Assembly (NCBI GenBank): GCA_024691085.1
Contig: JAILNX010000018.1
Location: forward strand, 156,591-220,590
Length of the DNA stretch: 64,000 bases
Reading direction: 5' to 3'
Source: Clostridiales bacterium
Lineage (GTDB): Bacteria > Bacillota > Clostridia > Christensenellales > CAG-138
The notes under the pieces were generated by a model, which had not been told where the DNA came from, ran no database searches, and was given only the letters and a program-made list of their open reading frames with translations. The first letter of the stretch is position 1. Every line of letters starts with the position of its first letter. Positions 46,605 to 58,493 of this stretch are shown one piece after another. The position numbers and the translations under genes were made by a program.

Positions 46605-48623
46605 TTATTCGATTATGCCCATGGACTTCCTGAGGATCAGGAGCGCGTCGACCGCGTCGACCGTGCCGTTATCGTCCATATCGCCGGCTGTAAGATCGAG
46701 ACCTTCCGCGCCGATGATATTCATCGAATAGCGCAGAGCGAGCAGCGCGTCGGCCGCTTCGACCTTGCCGTTGCCGTCGATGTCGCCCTTGAGAGTGGGC
46801 TGGGGATCGGTGCCGGCGGATTTGAAGTATTTATAGATCCTGAGGGCGCCGGCGACTCTGCTCGTAGTGAAATACTCGGTGTTGCTCGAAAGAGCAATGT
46901 AATAGTATCCTTCCGAATCGATCTGGTTGTTGAGCGACGAGCCGTCGAAGAGCCACTTGAGCTCGGTATTGCCGACGGTAAGGTACTCATCGGAGGTGAG
47001 GCAGAGATATTTGCCGGTGGCCTCGTTCTTCAATACCCAGCCTTCGCTCTCGCTGCCCGCGGTGACCGTATAGACGACCGCGTCCATATTCTCCTCCGCG
47101 ACCGTAAGGGTGTTGTCTTCGTTCTCGGTCACGGGAACTGAGGTGACGTAGTGGCCGTCCTCCCTGTCGTTATACACCGTGTTGCCGACAGCCATGCCGC
47201 TTGCCACAATTGCGATCTTGTCGCCAAGAGCAATGGTGTCGGTCGCGAGATAACCCTCAAAGGCCTCGACCGTGACAAGCGCGGTGGCCGTAAACTCGGC
47301 GTTCGCAAGATTATCGTGTACGATCGCCTCTATCGTCGCAGTGCCGGGCCTTAATGCCGTTACGACGCCCGTGTCGCTGATCGACACGACGGAGGGGTTA
47401 AGGCTCGACCAGGTAACGGAATAATCGGCGTAGCCGGGTTCGACCGTCAGCTTTGCGCGCTCGGTCGTGCCCTCGTACATAGTGATGGGAGCGAGCGAAA
47501 CGGATTCGATGGGCTCGGGATCACCGAGAAGTGTCCAGTCGCAGGTGACGGTCTGCCTGCCGTCGGGGTTTGCGGGGAACGCGTCGGTCGGGCTCATCAC
47601 GATGGGCCACGCGCTCGGGTTGGTGTAGGGATCGCTCACGCCGTTGGTGCTCTTCATCTTCGCGATAGCCTCGGCAACGGTCGCGCCGTTCTTCATCTCG
47701 GTCCAGAAGGTCGCCTCGTATTTATAGTCGCCCGTGAAGGAAACGGACTGGGAATAGCCGTAAACGCACGCCGCGCCCGCCTCGAGAAGAGCCGTGCCGG
47801 TGGTGCCCTGGCCTTCCTTCATCATGCCCTGGCAGATCGCCATCCAGACGAAGCAGTTCGAGAGCCTGCCGTCGGCATGGTTCTGGATATAGCGGCCGTC
47901 GATGCCGTAGAAGCTTCCGCCGTTATATGCCCAGCCTTTGGAATAGTCATCGGAAGTGAGTCCGGTGCCGGTCGTAAGATCGAGGTAAGAGGTGTTCTGC
48001 GAAGCGATGCAGTTGCCGTGCGAATCGTAAATGACGACGCCCTTGCCCGTGTAGTTCTTCGCGATGTTGGGGCCGGTCGCCTGCGCGCCGCTGAGCGTGG
48101 TCACAGTGCCGCCTGTCGCCTGCGCAATGGACTTGGCCTCGTTCTTATACTGATCCGTAAAGGAGGAGTCGCTGCCGTAGTACGGTCCTACGAGAAGAAC
48201 ATCCTTCGCCGAGGGGCAGTTCCCCCTTACGGCTTCGGACACGGCGGACTCGGTATCGACGCCTGCCATGTCGCCCCCGACCTTTTCATGGTTCCTGATG
48301 CGGTAGTTGTATCCGCCCAGCATGCCGTCGGTCGTGAACGAGAACTCGTTGCCGGTCAGGTCGGTGATGCTTCCCTCGTCGATGAGGTCGAGGTTCAGCG
48401 CGGCCTTATAGACCGCAAAGGTGACCTCGGAGCGGCTCGCGCCGAGCTCCATCATCTCCGCCTCGACGGCGTCGAGCACCGCCCAGACGTCGTCCCAGCG
48501 CTTCATGGCCTTTCTCTCCCTCGCCTCGTAGGCCGCGTCTTCCGCAAGCGCGGCTGCGGGAATGACAGCGAGGATCATGAGTGCGGCGATGACGATCGCA
48601 AGTATTTTACGGGTTTTTGTCAT
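46605..48623 (-). CDS. Secreted multidomain protein: possible clan-CD (gingipain/C25-like) cysteine peptidase + Ig-like domain + C-terminal dockerin
   Basis: Signal peptide. His-Gly/Cys dyad candidates (VVIYDSHGN; FVWMAICQGMM; GAACVYGYSQS). Big_2-like region. Dockerin repeats GDIDGNGKVEAADALLALR and GDMDDNGTVDAVDALLILR. Confidence 0.7.
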   Translation of the reverse strand: MTKTRKILAIVIAALMILAVIPAAALAEDAAYEARERKAMKRWDDVWAVLDAVEAEMMELGASRSEVTFAVYKAALNLDLIDEGSITDLTGNEFSFTTDGMLGGYNYRIRNHEKVGGDMAGVDTESAVSEAVRGNCPSAKDVLLVGPYYGSDSSFTDQYKNEAKSIAQATGGTVTTLSGAQATGPNIAKNYTGKGVVIYDSHGNCIASQNTSYLDLTTGTGLTSDDYSKGWAYNGGSFYGIDGRYIQNHADGRLSNCFVWMAICQGMMKEGQGTTGTALLEAGAACVYGYSQSVSFTGDYKYEATFWTEMKNGATVAEAIAKMKSTNGVSDPYTNPSAWPIVMSPTDAFPANPDGRQTVTCDWTLLGDPEPIESVSLAPITMYEGTTERAKLTVEPGYADYSVTWSSLNPSVVSISDTGVVTALRPGTATIEAIVHDNLANAEFTATALVTVEAFEGYLATDTIALGDKIAIVASGMAVGNTVYNDREDGHYVTSVPVTENEDNTLTVAEENMDAVVYTVTAGSESEGWVLKNEATGKYLCLTSDEYLTVGNTELKWLFDGSSLNNQIDSEGYYYIALSSNTEYFTTSRVAGALRIYKYFKSAGTDPQPTLKGDIDGNGKVEAADALLALRYSMNIIGAEGLDLTAGDMDDNGTVDAVDALLILRKSMGIIE

Positions 48624-48764
48624 GGTCTTTTCTCCGTTTGAAATAAATTGACGAATACTGTCGCTTTATTTTACCATTTCGCCGTATATTTTTCAAGAGG
48701 CCGAAGGGCTTGTGCGGGTGATTTTTTATGGTATAATTATTGAAAATATTAAGGAGGCGATCGT

Positions 48765-49367
48765 ATGGATCCCGTTTCCCCCGTCGTTTTCGAAACAGAA
48801 AGACTTTATGCCCGCGAGTTCGTCAGAGAGGACGCCGAGGGCGTATTCGAGTACGCCGGAAATCTTGAAAGCTCCGGCTTTCAGGCCTTCTCCCCCGAGA
48901 GCTTCGAGGACGTTACAAAGTTCGTCGAAAGCAGGCTTGCCTCCCAGATCGAATCTCCGAGGAAAAACTATGACTTCATCCTCTGCCTCAAGGACACCGA
49001 CGAGATGATCGGGGCGATGGGGCTCTCGATCTCGGACGAGGGCAGACAGGCGGAGCTCGGCTACAATCTCAAGAAGCGGTTCTGGGGGAACGGCTACGCC
49101 ACGGAAGCGGCGAAAGGCTTTCTGAAGTTTGGCTTCCTGGGGCTGGAGCTTCACCGCATCACTGCAAGGTGCGATGAGGAGAACATCGCGTCGTACCGCG
49201 TTATGGAAAAGATCGGCATGCGCCGCGAAGGGCATTTTATTAAGTCGGAATACCGCCGCGTGTTCGGGAAGACCGGCTGGCGGAGCTCTTACTCCTACGC
49301 GATACTTAAAAAAGAATACCTTCTGGGCCTGCCGGACGGCGACTACTCCCCCGACGGCCGCGCCTGA
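48765..49367 (+). CDS. GNAT-family N-acetyltransferase (RimJ/RimL-like)
   Basis: FETERLYAREF...WGNGYATEAAKGFLKFGF...HRITARCDEENIASYRVMEKIGM. Confidence 0.88.
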   Translation: MDPVSPVVFETERLYAREFVREDAEGVFEYAGNLESSGFQAFSPESFEDVTKFVESRLASQIESPRKNYDFILCLKDTDEMIGAMGLSISDEGRQAELGYNLKKRFWGNGYATEAAKGFLKFGFLGLELHRITARCDEENIASYRVMEKIGMRREGHFIKSEYRRVFGKTGWRSSYSYAILKKEYLLGLPDGDYSPDGRA

Positions 49368-49376
49368 TTTCCGGCA

Positions 49377-49405
49377 TTGACACGGACGGCCCGATATTAT
49401 ATAAT
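49377..49405 (+). promoter_or_regulatory. Consensus promoter of rubrerythrin with an overlapping AT palindrome
   Basis: TTGACA (49377-49382), 17-nt spacer, TATAAT (49400-49405). The 14-nt perfect palindrome ATATTATATAATAT (49394-49407) overlaps the -10 box. Confidence 0.6.
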
Positions 49406-49464
49406 ATTATGGTAAATAACGCGCGTGTTTCTCCGCGCGAAATCAACGATCGGAGGATTATTTT

Positions 49465-50010
49465 ATGAATAAGAAATGGATCTGTCCCGTATGCGGTTAC
49501 GTTCACGTCGGCCCCACGCCGCCCGAGTTCTGCCCCCAGTGCAGAGTCCCCGGCTCCAAGTTCAAAGAGCAGGTTGAGGAAATGAGCTGGGCCGCCGAGC
49601 ACGTCGTCGGCGTAGCGCAGGGCGTCCGAGAGGATATCCTGAACGATCTCCGCGCCAACTTCAACGGCGAGTGCACCGAGGTCGGCATGTATCTTGCGAT
49701 GGCGAGAGTCGCTCACCGCGAGGGTTATCCCGAGATCGGTCTTTACTGGGAGAAGGCCGCGTGGGAGGAGGCGGAGCACGCCGCCAAGTTCGCGGAGCTC
49801 CTGGGCGAGGTCGTGACCGATTCCACCAAGAAGAACCTCCAGATGCGCGTAGACGCCGAGAACGGCGCGACCGCCGGCAAGACCGACCTTGCGAAGCGCG
49901 CGAAGGAGCTGGGCCTTGACGCCATCCACGACACCGTCCACGAGATGGCCCGCGACGAGGCAAGGCACGGTAAGGCGCTCAAGGGGCTTCTTGACAGGTA
50001 TTTCAAATAA
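49465..50010 (+). CDS. Reverse rubrerythrin (N-terminal rubredoxin-like CxxC...CxxC + ferritin-like diiron domain)
   Basis: [10 protein letters not shown]...FCPQCRV followed by diiron-ligand helices ([28 protein letters not shown]). Confidence 0.92.
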   Translation: MNKKWICPVCGYVHVGPTPPEFCPQCRVPGSKFKEQVEEMSWAAEHVVGVAQGVREDILNDLRANFNGECTEVGMYLAMARVAHREGYPEIGLYWEKAAWEEAEHAAKFAELLGEVVTDSTKKNLQMRVDAENGATAGKTDLAKRAKELGLDAIHDTVHEMARDEARHGKALKGLLDRYFK

Positions 50011-50096
50011 GAAGAAACTGTGGGGGCGAACAGATCGCCCCCTCTGTTTTTTTGAGAGCAGTACAATATCATTGACTGATACAGGGAGGTGCGAAT

Positions 50097-50420
50097 TTGA
50101 AAAAAAGAAAAATCATCGCGACCGTCCTTGCTCTGCTTCCGTTGGTTCTGCTTGCTGCGGGGATCATCCTTGAAATCATTTACGAAGTCGGAGTAAAGAT
50201 TTATCCGGATCCGTATTATTGGCGGGAGCACTTCATTACTTTCATAATAACTGTTCTGTTTTTATCTTTTCTGTCTTTCACTGTGCCCTGTGTTATCGTA
50301 GCACGGGTGCTGAACAGACAGCTGCTAAGCAGGTTTATCAATGTCATCACATGGATAGATATTATTGCCATAGTTATCTCCTTGATAATAACCTATCTGC
50401 CTACTTGCTTAAGGAGGTGA
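50097..50420 (+). CDS. Hypothetical membrane protein (107 aa)
   Basis: TTG start behind a GGGAGGTG RBS; three predicted TM helices; lower-GC patch. Confidence 0.6.
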   Translation: MKKRKIIATVLALLPLVLLAAGIILEIIYEVGVKIYPDPYYWREHFITFIITVLFLSFLSFTVPCVIVARVLNRQLLSRFINVITWIDIIAIVISLIITYLPTCLRR

Positions 50421-50501
50421 ACTGCCGCCGGGAAGAACAGAAACGCTGAAGGGGCTGCTGGACAGGAATATCAAATTATATTTTTCGGAAAGGAGAAATA
50501 C

Positions 50502-50696
50502 ATGGGTTTTTTCGGAATATTGTTGATTGCGGCTCTCGCCTTGATATTCGTGCTCGGCTTAGCAGGCCTGATCATTTTCCTTGTATCAAGGAAAAAAGGC
50601 GAGCCTGAAACGCCGACGAAGAGCGTCACGGAGAACGTCGCGGATCTGAACGACCAATTCAACCGCGCCAGATATCAGGACAGGGACGGCGAATAA
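50502..50696 (+). CDS. Hypothetical single-TM protein (64 aa)
   Basis: AAAGGAG RBS. MGFFGILLIAALALIFVLGLAGLIIFLV followed by a polar tail. Confidence 0.6.
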   Translation: MGFFGILLIAALALIFVLGLAGLIIFLVSRKKGEPETPTKSVTENVADLNDQFNRARYQDRDGE

Positions 50697-50833
50697 GTTA
50701 AGCAAAACCATTGTATTTCTTCAACGGTTTTGTTTTTTCGTCTGGACAGAGGCGGAACTTAAAATATCTTGAAAGATACAGCAAAAAGTGATAAGCTTTC
50801 AGCAGGCTGAAAACATCCTGAAAGGAGCGTGCG

Positions 50834-51142
50834 ATGAAAGCTAAACGTATAATTTCGCTGATCCTGGCCTCGCTGGCGTTCGTTTGTCTTCTGTACTGCG
50901 GACTGAAAGGCATTTTCGTATTAAGGGAATACCACGATCTTAACGGGACTCCCGGATCGAGCGGCGCGGACTACCTCGGCGTGATCGTCGGGTACGGCTT
51001 TGCCTGCGCGGCGGCGCTTCTCGGGCTGATCCTCTCGGCGGTATCGTACTTTCTCGACGAGCGCCGGTGGCTGCGCGCGATACTGATCGTTCTCGCCGCG
51101 CTTATTGTCATCGCTGCAATACTTCCGCTTCTTCTAAGGTAA
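50834..51142 (+). CDS. Hypothetical membrane protein (102 aa)
   Basis: AAAGGAG RBS; three TM helices. The N-terminus resembles that of the 50097 product (MKxKxII..LA.L). Confidence 0.6.
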   Translation: MKAKRIISLILASLAFVCLLYCGLKGIFVLREYHDLNGTPGSSGADYLGVIVGYGFACAAALLGLILSAVSYFLDERRWLRAILIVLAALIVIAAILPLLLR

Positions 51143-51167
51143 CACTTTTAAACACATCGGAGGGAAT

Positions 51168-51923
51168 ATGAGCAAGAAAAAAACAAAGCCCGCGGTCGGT
51201 CTGTTCATTTTACTGATCGTGCTGTTCGTTCTCGGCATGGCCGCCGAGATCGTTTTGAAGTACGCCGCCGTGCCGCCGAGGGTGAATATGCCCGAGGTGC
51301 CCCGCGAGGTGTACAGGAACATGGTTCTTTCGCAGTTCGGCGCGGAGGCCTTTCCGTTCTATGCGCTGCCGGCGCTGGTTCTCTCCTGGATGTCGATACA
51401 GCCGCGCGAGCTGTTGATCTACGCCCTTTACTGGCTGCCGTACGCCGTACTGTTCTTGCTCCCCGTATTCGGAGCTCTCGCCCGCGGACGCGGCAGGGGC
51501 GTTCCCCTTATCCTCTGCGCTCTCGCCGCGCTTTACGAGGGGCTGTCCCTTATTATCGCCTCGACGGTCAGCAACTATTACGGCTTCAGCGTTTACACGG
51601 CGATACCCTTCCTCGTCGAGTTCTTTATTCTCATTATCGGGTGCGTCGGCGTTTTCGGCAGGAACAGGAGCCTTGCGGTCACCGCGGGAGTCGTATTCCT
51701 CGCGCTCGTGCCGGTCTCGGTGTTCATTACGCCGGTGATCGCGGAGCTGTCCGCGTTCCTGTCGCTTCCGGGTTATCCCTTAAAGACGTTCGTCGTGAAC
51801 GCGATAAAGTTCTTCCCCGTTACTTACGCCCAGTCGCACTGGCCGATATTCAAGGCGTTCGCGTTCGCGATGTACGGACTTTTGCTTGTAACCGCTGTCA
51901 AAAAGAGCGGAAAGAAAGCGTAA
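51168..51923 (+). CDS. Hypothetical polytopic membrane protein (251 aa)
   Basis: GGAGGG RBS; about 7 TM helices; followed by a strong terminator at about 51933-51968. Confidence 0.65.
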   Translation: MSKKKTKPAVGLFILLIVLFVLGMAAEIVLKYAAVPPRVNMPEVPREVYRNMVLSQFGAEAFPFYALPALVLSWMSIQPRELLIYALYWLPYAVLFLLPVFGALARGRGRGVPLILCALAALYEGLSLIIASTVSNYYGFSVYTAIPFLVEFFILIIGCVGVFGRNRSLAVTAGVVFLALVPVSVFITPVIAELSAFLSLPGYPLKTFVVNAIKFFPVTYAQSHWPIFKAFAFAMYGLLLVTAVKKSGKKA

Positions 51924-52141
51924 AGACAATATAAAAAAGTGCTGTTTACACAGCACTTTTTCTTTTTTGGGGGTGCGGGGGCCGAAGCCCCTGCCCGCTA
52001 TAATCGCCGAAGGCGGCGTGCACGTCGGAGGCGAAACAATTGCCCCGCAATTGGTTCCTTTATTTTTGAACGACCGCGCATAGAATGCGCAGTTCAAAAA
52101 TGCCTCCCGTCGAAAAAGTCGATCAGACTTTTTCGACACGC

Positions 52142-52624
52142 TTACAGCGGCCTTTTGCTTCTTTCCTTCATCCTTGCCCAGACCTTGTGGAGGTTGTTGT
52201 AATAGTCCTCCTCGGCAAAGCCGATCTTATCCCGAAGCAGGGGCTCGAGCTTGTCCATAAGCCCGTCACCGGAATCAAAATAGCCGTGCGCGAGCTGATA
52301 GAAGGTCTCGAAATCGTAAACGCCGCGGTTTATCCCGACGCAGAAATGCTCTATCTTGGCAAGGCAGACGTTCAGCTCCTCGTAGCCCACGGAGTCGGCG
52401 GTCTCGACGGCGTCCTCGATCTGATCGCGGCGCCAGCCGTTGAGCTTCGAAAGCACCTCGTCCTGGAGCTTTTTATATTCGGCCATCGTCTCCGTGCAGG
52501 TCTTCCTGCGGCTGTCGCGGAAATACGTCACGACGCCGAAGGCGACGCTCAGCATCCCGACGAACGCCGCGAAGATGCCGAACACGGTTGACAGAATGCC
52601 TATTATATCCTTTAAGAACTGCAT
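52142..52624 (-). CDS. Hypothetical N-terminally anchored protein (160 aa)
   Basis: One TM helix (ILSTVFGIFAAFVGMLSVAFGVV) and a soluble helical domain. Terminator hairpin at 52111-52137. Confidence 0.6.
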   Translation of the reverse strand: MQFLKDIIGILSTVFGIFAAFVGMLSVAFGVVTYFRDSRRKTCTETMAEYKKLQDEVLSKLNGWRRDQIEDAVETADSVGYEELNVCLAKIEHFCVGINRGVYDFETFYQLAHGYFDSGDGLMDKLEPLLRDKIGFAEEDYYNNLHKVWARMKERSKRPL

Positions 52625-52783
52625 ATCCCTCTCCTTTCTTCAAATATCCATCATATAATATTGTAATACCGGGACGGTTTTCGTGTCAATAGCGCGCGGT
52701 TTTTTAAAATTCGAACTGTACTTTTCCGCTTTTTGGGGTTATAATGTTATTTGGTATTTTATGCGAAACGGAACTTTGATCGA

Positions 52784-53599
52784 ATGAAACACGTGCTTGG
52801 CTGCATAAGAAGAGCCGACGAACGGTACGGGCTGATACACGACGGCGACAGGATCTGCGTCGGCGTGAGCGGAGGCAAGGACAGCCTTCTTCTGCTCTAC
52901 GGTCTGAGCCTCTACCGCATGTTCTCGAAGAAGAAATACGAAGTTATGGGCGTGATGCTCGATCTGGGTCTCGTCGAGCAGGACTGTTCCGCGCTTTTAG
53001 AATGGGCGGACAAGGTCGGCGTGCGGCTCGACATCGTAAAGACCGATATCGGCGACGTGGTGTTCAATATCCGCAAGGAGAAGAACCCCTGCGCGCTCTG
53101 CGCGAAGTTCCGCCGCGGAGCTTTGAACGACGCGGCAAAGGAGCGCGGATGCAACCTTATCGCCCTCGGGCACAACCGCGAGGACGTGATCGAGACCTTC
53201 CTTTTAAGCCTCTTCTTCGAGTCGAGGCTGAACACCTTCGCGCCGGTCACCTACATGGACAGGAAGGGCGTTACGGTGATAAGGCCGCTGGTCTTCTTCC
53301 CCGAGAAGGAGGCGCTGTCGGCGGCGAGGAGGCTTGAACTGCCCGTGCAGAAGCCGAACTGTCCCGTCGCGGGATACACCAAGCGCGAGGACATGAAGAA
53401 CCTTTTGAAGGAGTTTCGCAGGATCGTTCCCGATCCCGAGGCTCGTATTATGAAAGCGATCGCCGATACGCACAAGTACGGCATGTGGGACCGCATGAAG
53501 CTGCCTCCCGACGGTGAAACGGGGACTGCCGCGGCCGGTTATTCAGAGATGATTTCGGAGGAAAACGACGATGGAAGACGGGAAGAACGAGATTTTTGA
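52784..53599 (+). CDS. PP-loop ATPase, TtcA-like tRNA thiolation family
   Basis: SGGKDS PP-loop (VGVSGGKDSLLL), plus CALCAKFRRG and CPVAG cysteine motifs. Start placed at the ATG at 52784. Confidence 0.85.
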   Translation: MKHVLGCIRRADERYGLIHDGDRICVGVSGGKDSLLLLYGLSLYRMFSKKKYEVMGVMLDLGLVEQDCSALLEWADKVGVRLDIVKTDIGDVVFNIRKEKNPCALCAKFRRGALNDAAKERGCNLIALGHNREDVIETFLLSLFFESRLNTFAPVTYMDRKGVTVIRPLVFFPEKEALSAARRLELPVQKPNCPVAGYTKREDMKNLLKEFRRIVPDPEARIMKAIADTHKYGMWDRMKLPPDGETGTAAAGYSEMISEENDDGRREERDF

Positions 53600-54923
53600 G
53601 GAGACGAAGATTTCGGAGACCGGGGCGGAGCAGCCTTCGGAATCCGATCGCGAGCTTCTGATATTCGGCGAGGGCGACGGCAGGCTCACCAAAGAGCGCG
53701 GCGTTAAATACACCAAGCCGAGAATAGGTTATTTCATAATCGCGGGACTCGTAGGCGCGATAGTCGGCGTCGCCCTGACGCTCTTCCTCGTGTCGAGAGT
53801 CATCGGCGGAAGTCTATCGAAGCTCACGATCATCAAGGACATGGGCGATTACGACAGCTCCGTCATAAGCGAGCTTCTGCAGCGCATCGACGCGACGCAT
53901 TTCGGCGAAACGCCCACCTCGAAAGAGCTTATCGATAAGGCCGCGCACGCGCTGGTCGACGGCATGGGCGATCCCTACGCGAGCTATTTCACGGTCAAGG
54001 AATACGAGGATTACACCGCGAGCTTCAACGGGAATTATTACGGCATAGGCGTTCTTATCCAGAATCCCGACGGGACGGGCGCGCTCATCCGCCGCGTCTA
54101 CGAGGGCTCGTTCGCCGAGCAGGCGGGACTTAAGAAGGGCGACGTCATTATCGCGGTCGGAGGAAAGGACGTAACGAACGTTTCGGGCGACGAGCTGGTC
54201 TCGCTGATAGTCGGAGACGAGGGCTCGAGCGTGGAGATCACGTTCCTCCGCGACGGAAAAAAGATGACCGCGGAAGTTACGAGGGGCGCCGTTTACATCA
54301 AGCGCGTGGACTATTTCGTGCTTGAAAACAATATCGGCTACCTGTATTTAAGTTCCTTCTCCGGAAACGCCGAGGAGGAGTTCAAAGCCGCCCTCGAGGA
54401 CTTCAAGGCGCGAGGGATCAGGAACATCGTGATCGACCTCCGCGACAATCCCGGCGGCTCGCTCTACACCGTAGTCAATATCTGCGATATGCTCCTGCCC
54501 AAGTGCACCGTCTGCACCATGCAGGGCAAATCCACTCCCGACGCCGAATACTTCAATTCCGACGAGAGCATGTACGATTTCAACTTCGTCGTGCTCGTAA
54601 ACGAATACTCCGCCTCAGCGAGCGAAATATTCGCCGGCGCCATGCAGGATAACGGCAGGGCGAAGATCATCGGCGTCAAGACCTACGGCAAAGGCGTCGT
54701 GCAGACCACCTATAAGCTCGACTCCGATCACGGCTGGCTGAAGCTCACGACCGACGCCTACTACACCCCGAACGGCACGAACCTCGGCGGAACCGGCATC
54801 ACTCCCGACGTGATCGTCGAGCTGCCCGAGGAGCTTAAATACGTTGATATCTATACTCTTTACACGGAGTATCTCGATCAGGACACGCAGCTTCAGGCGG
54901 CGATCGCCGAGCTGACTAAATAA
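53571..54923 (+). CDS. S41 carboxyl-terminal processing peptidase (Ctp) with PDZ domain
   Basis: TM anchor, a PDZ region, DLRDNPGG, and SASASEIFAGAMQD...GVKTYGKG. Confidence 0.9.
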   Translation: MEDGKNEIFEETKISETGAEQPSESDRELLIFGEGDGRLTKERGVKYTKPRIGYFIIAGLVGAIVGVALTLFLVSRVIGGSLSKLTIIKDMGDYDSSVISELLQRIDATHFGETPTSKELIDKAAHALVDGMGDPYASYFTVKEYEDYTASFNGNYYGIGVLIQNPDGTGALIRRVYEGSFAEQAGLKKGDVIIAVGGKDVTNVSGDELVSLIVGDEGSSVEITFLRDGKKMTAEVTRGAVYIKRVDYFVLENNIGYLYLSSFSGNAEEEFKAALEDFKARGIRNIVIDLRDNPGGSLYTVVNICDMLLPKCTVCTMQGKSTPDAEYFNSDESMYDFNFVVLVNEYSASASEIFAGAMQDNGRAKIIGVKTYGKGVVQTTYKLDSDHGWLKLTTDAYYTPNGTNLGGTGITPDVIVELPEELKYVDIYTLYTEYLDQDTQLQAAIAELTK

Positions 54924-55012
54924 TATTCCGGGAATCCATTCCCGCCTGCGCCCATACCGCATACCCCCCGGGTCAACGCGGTACGGGCATTTGGGCGTAT
55001 AAAAGGTGACAC

Positions 55013-58492
<3,480 letters not shown>

Positions 58493-58493
58493 A

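Noticed and set aside
48692-48706. 12-nt identity (TTCAAGAGGCCG) to the internal tRNA-Pro segment that is duplicated in the tRNA-Pro-linked unit.
   Set aside because: The match is too short and is not accompanied by the hairpin or the 3'-end copy. It is probably a chance GC-rich hairpin in a divergent promoter region.
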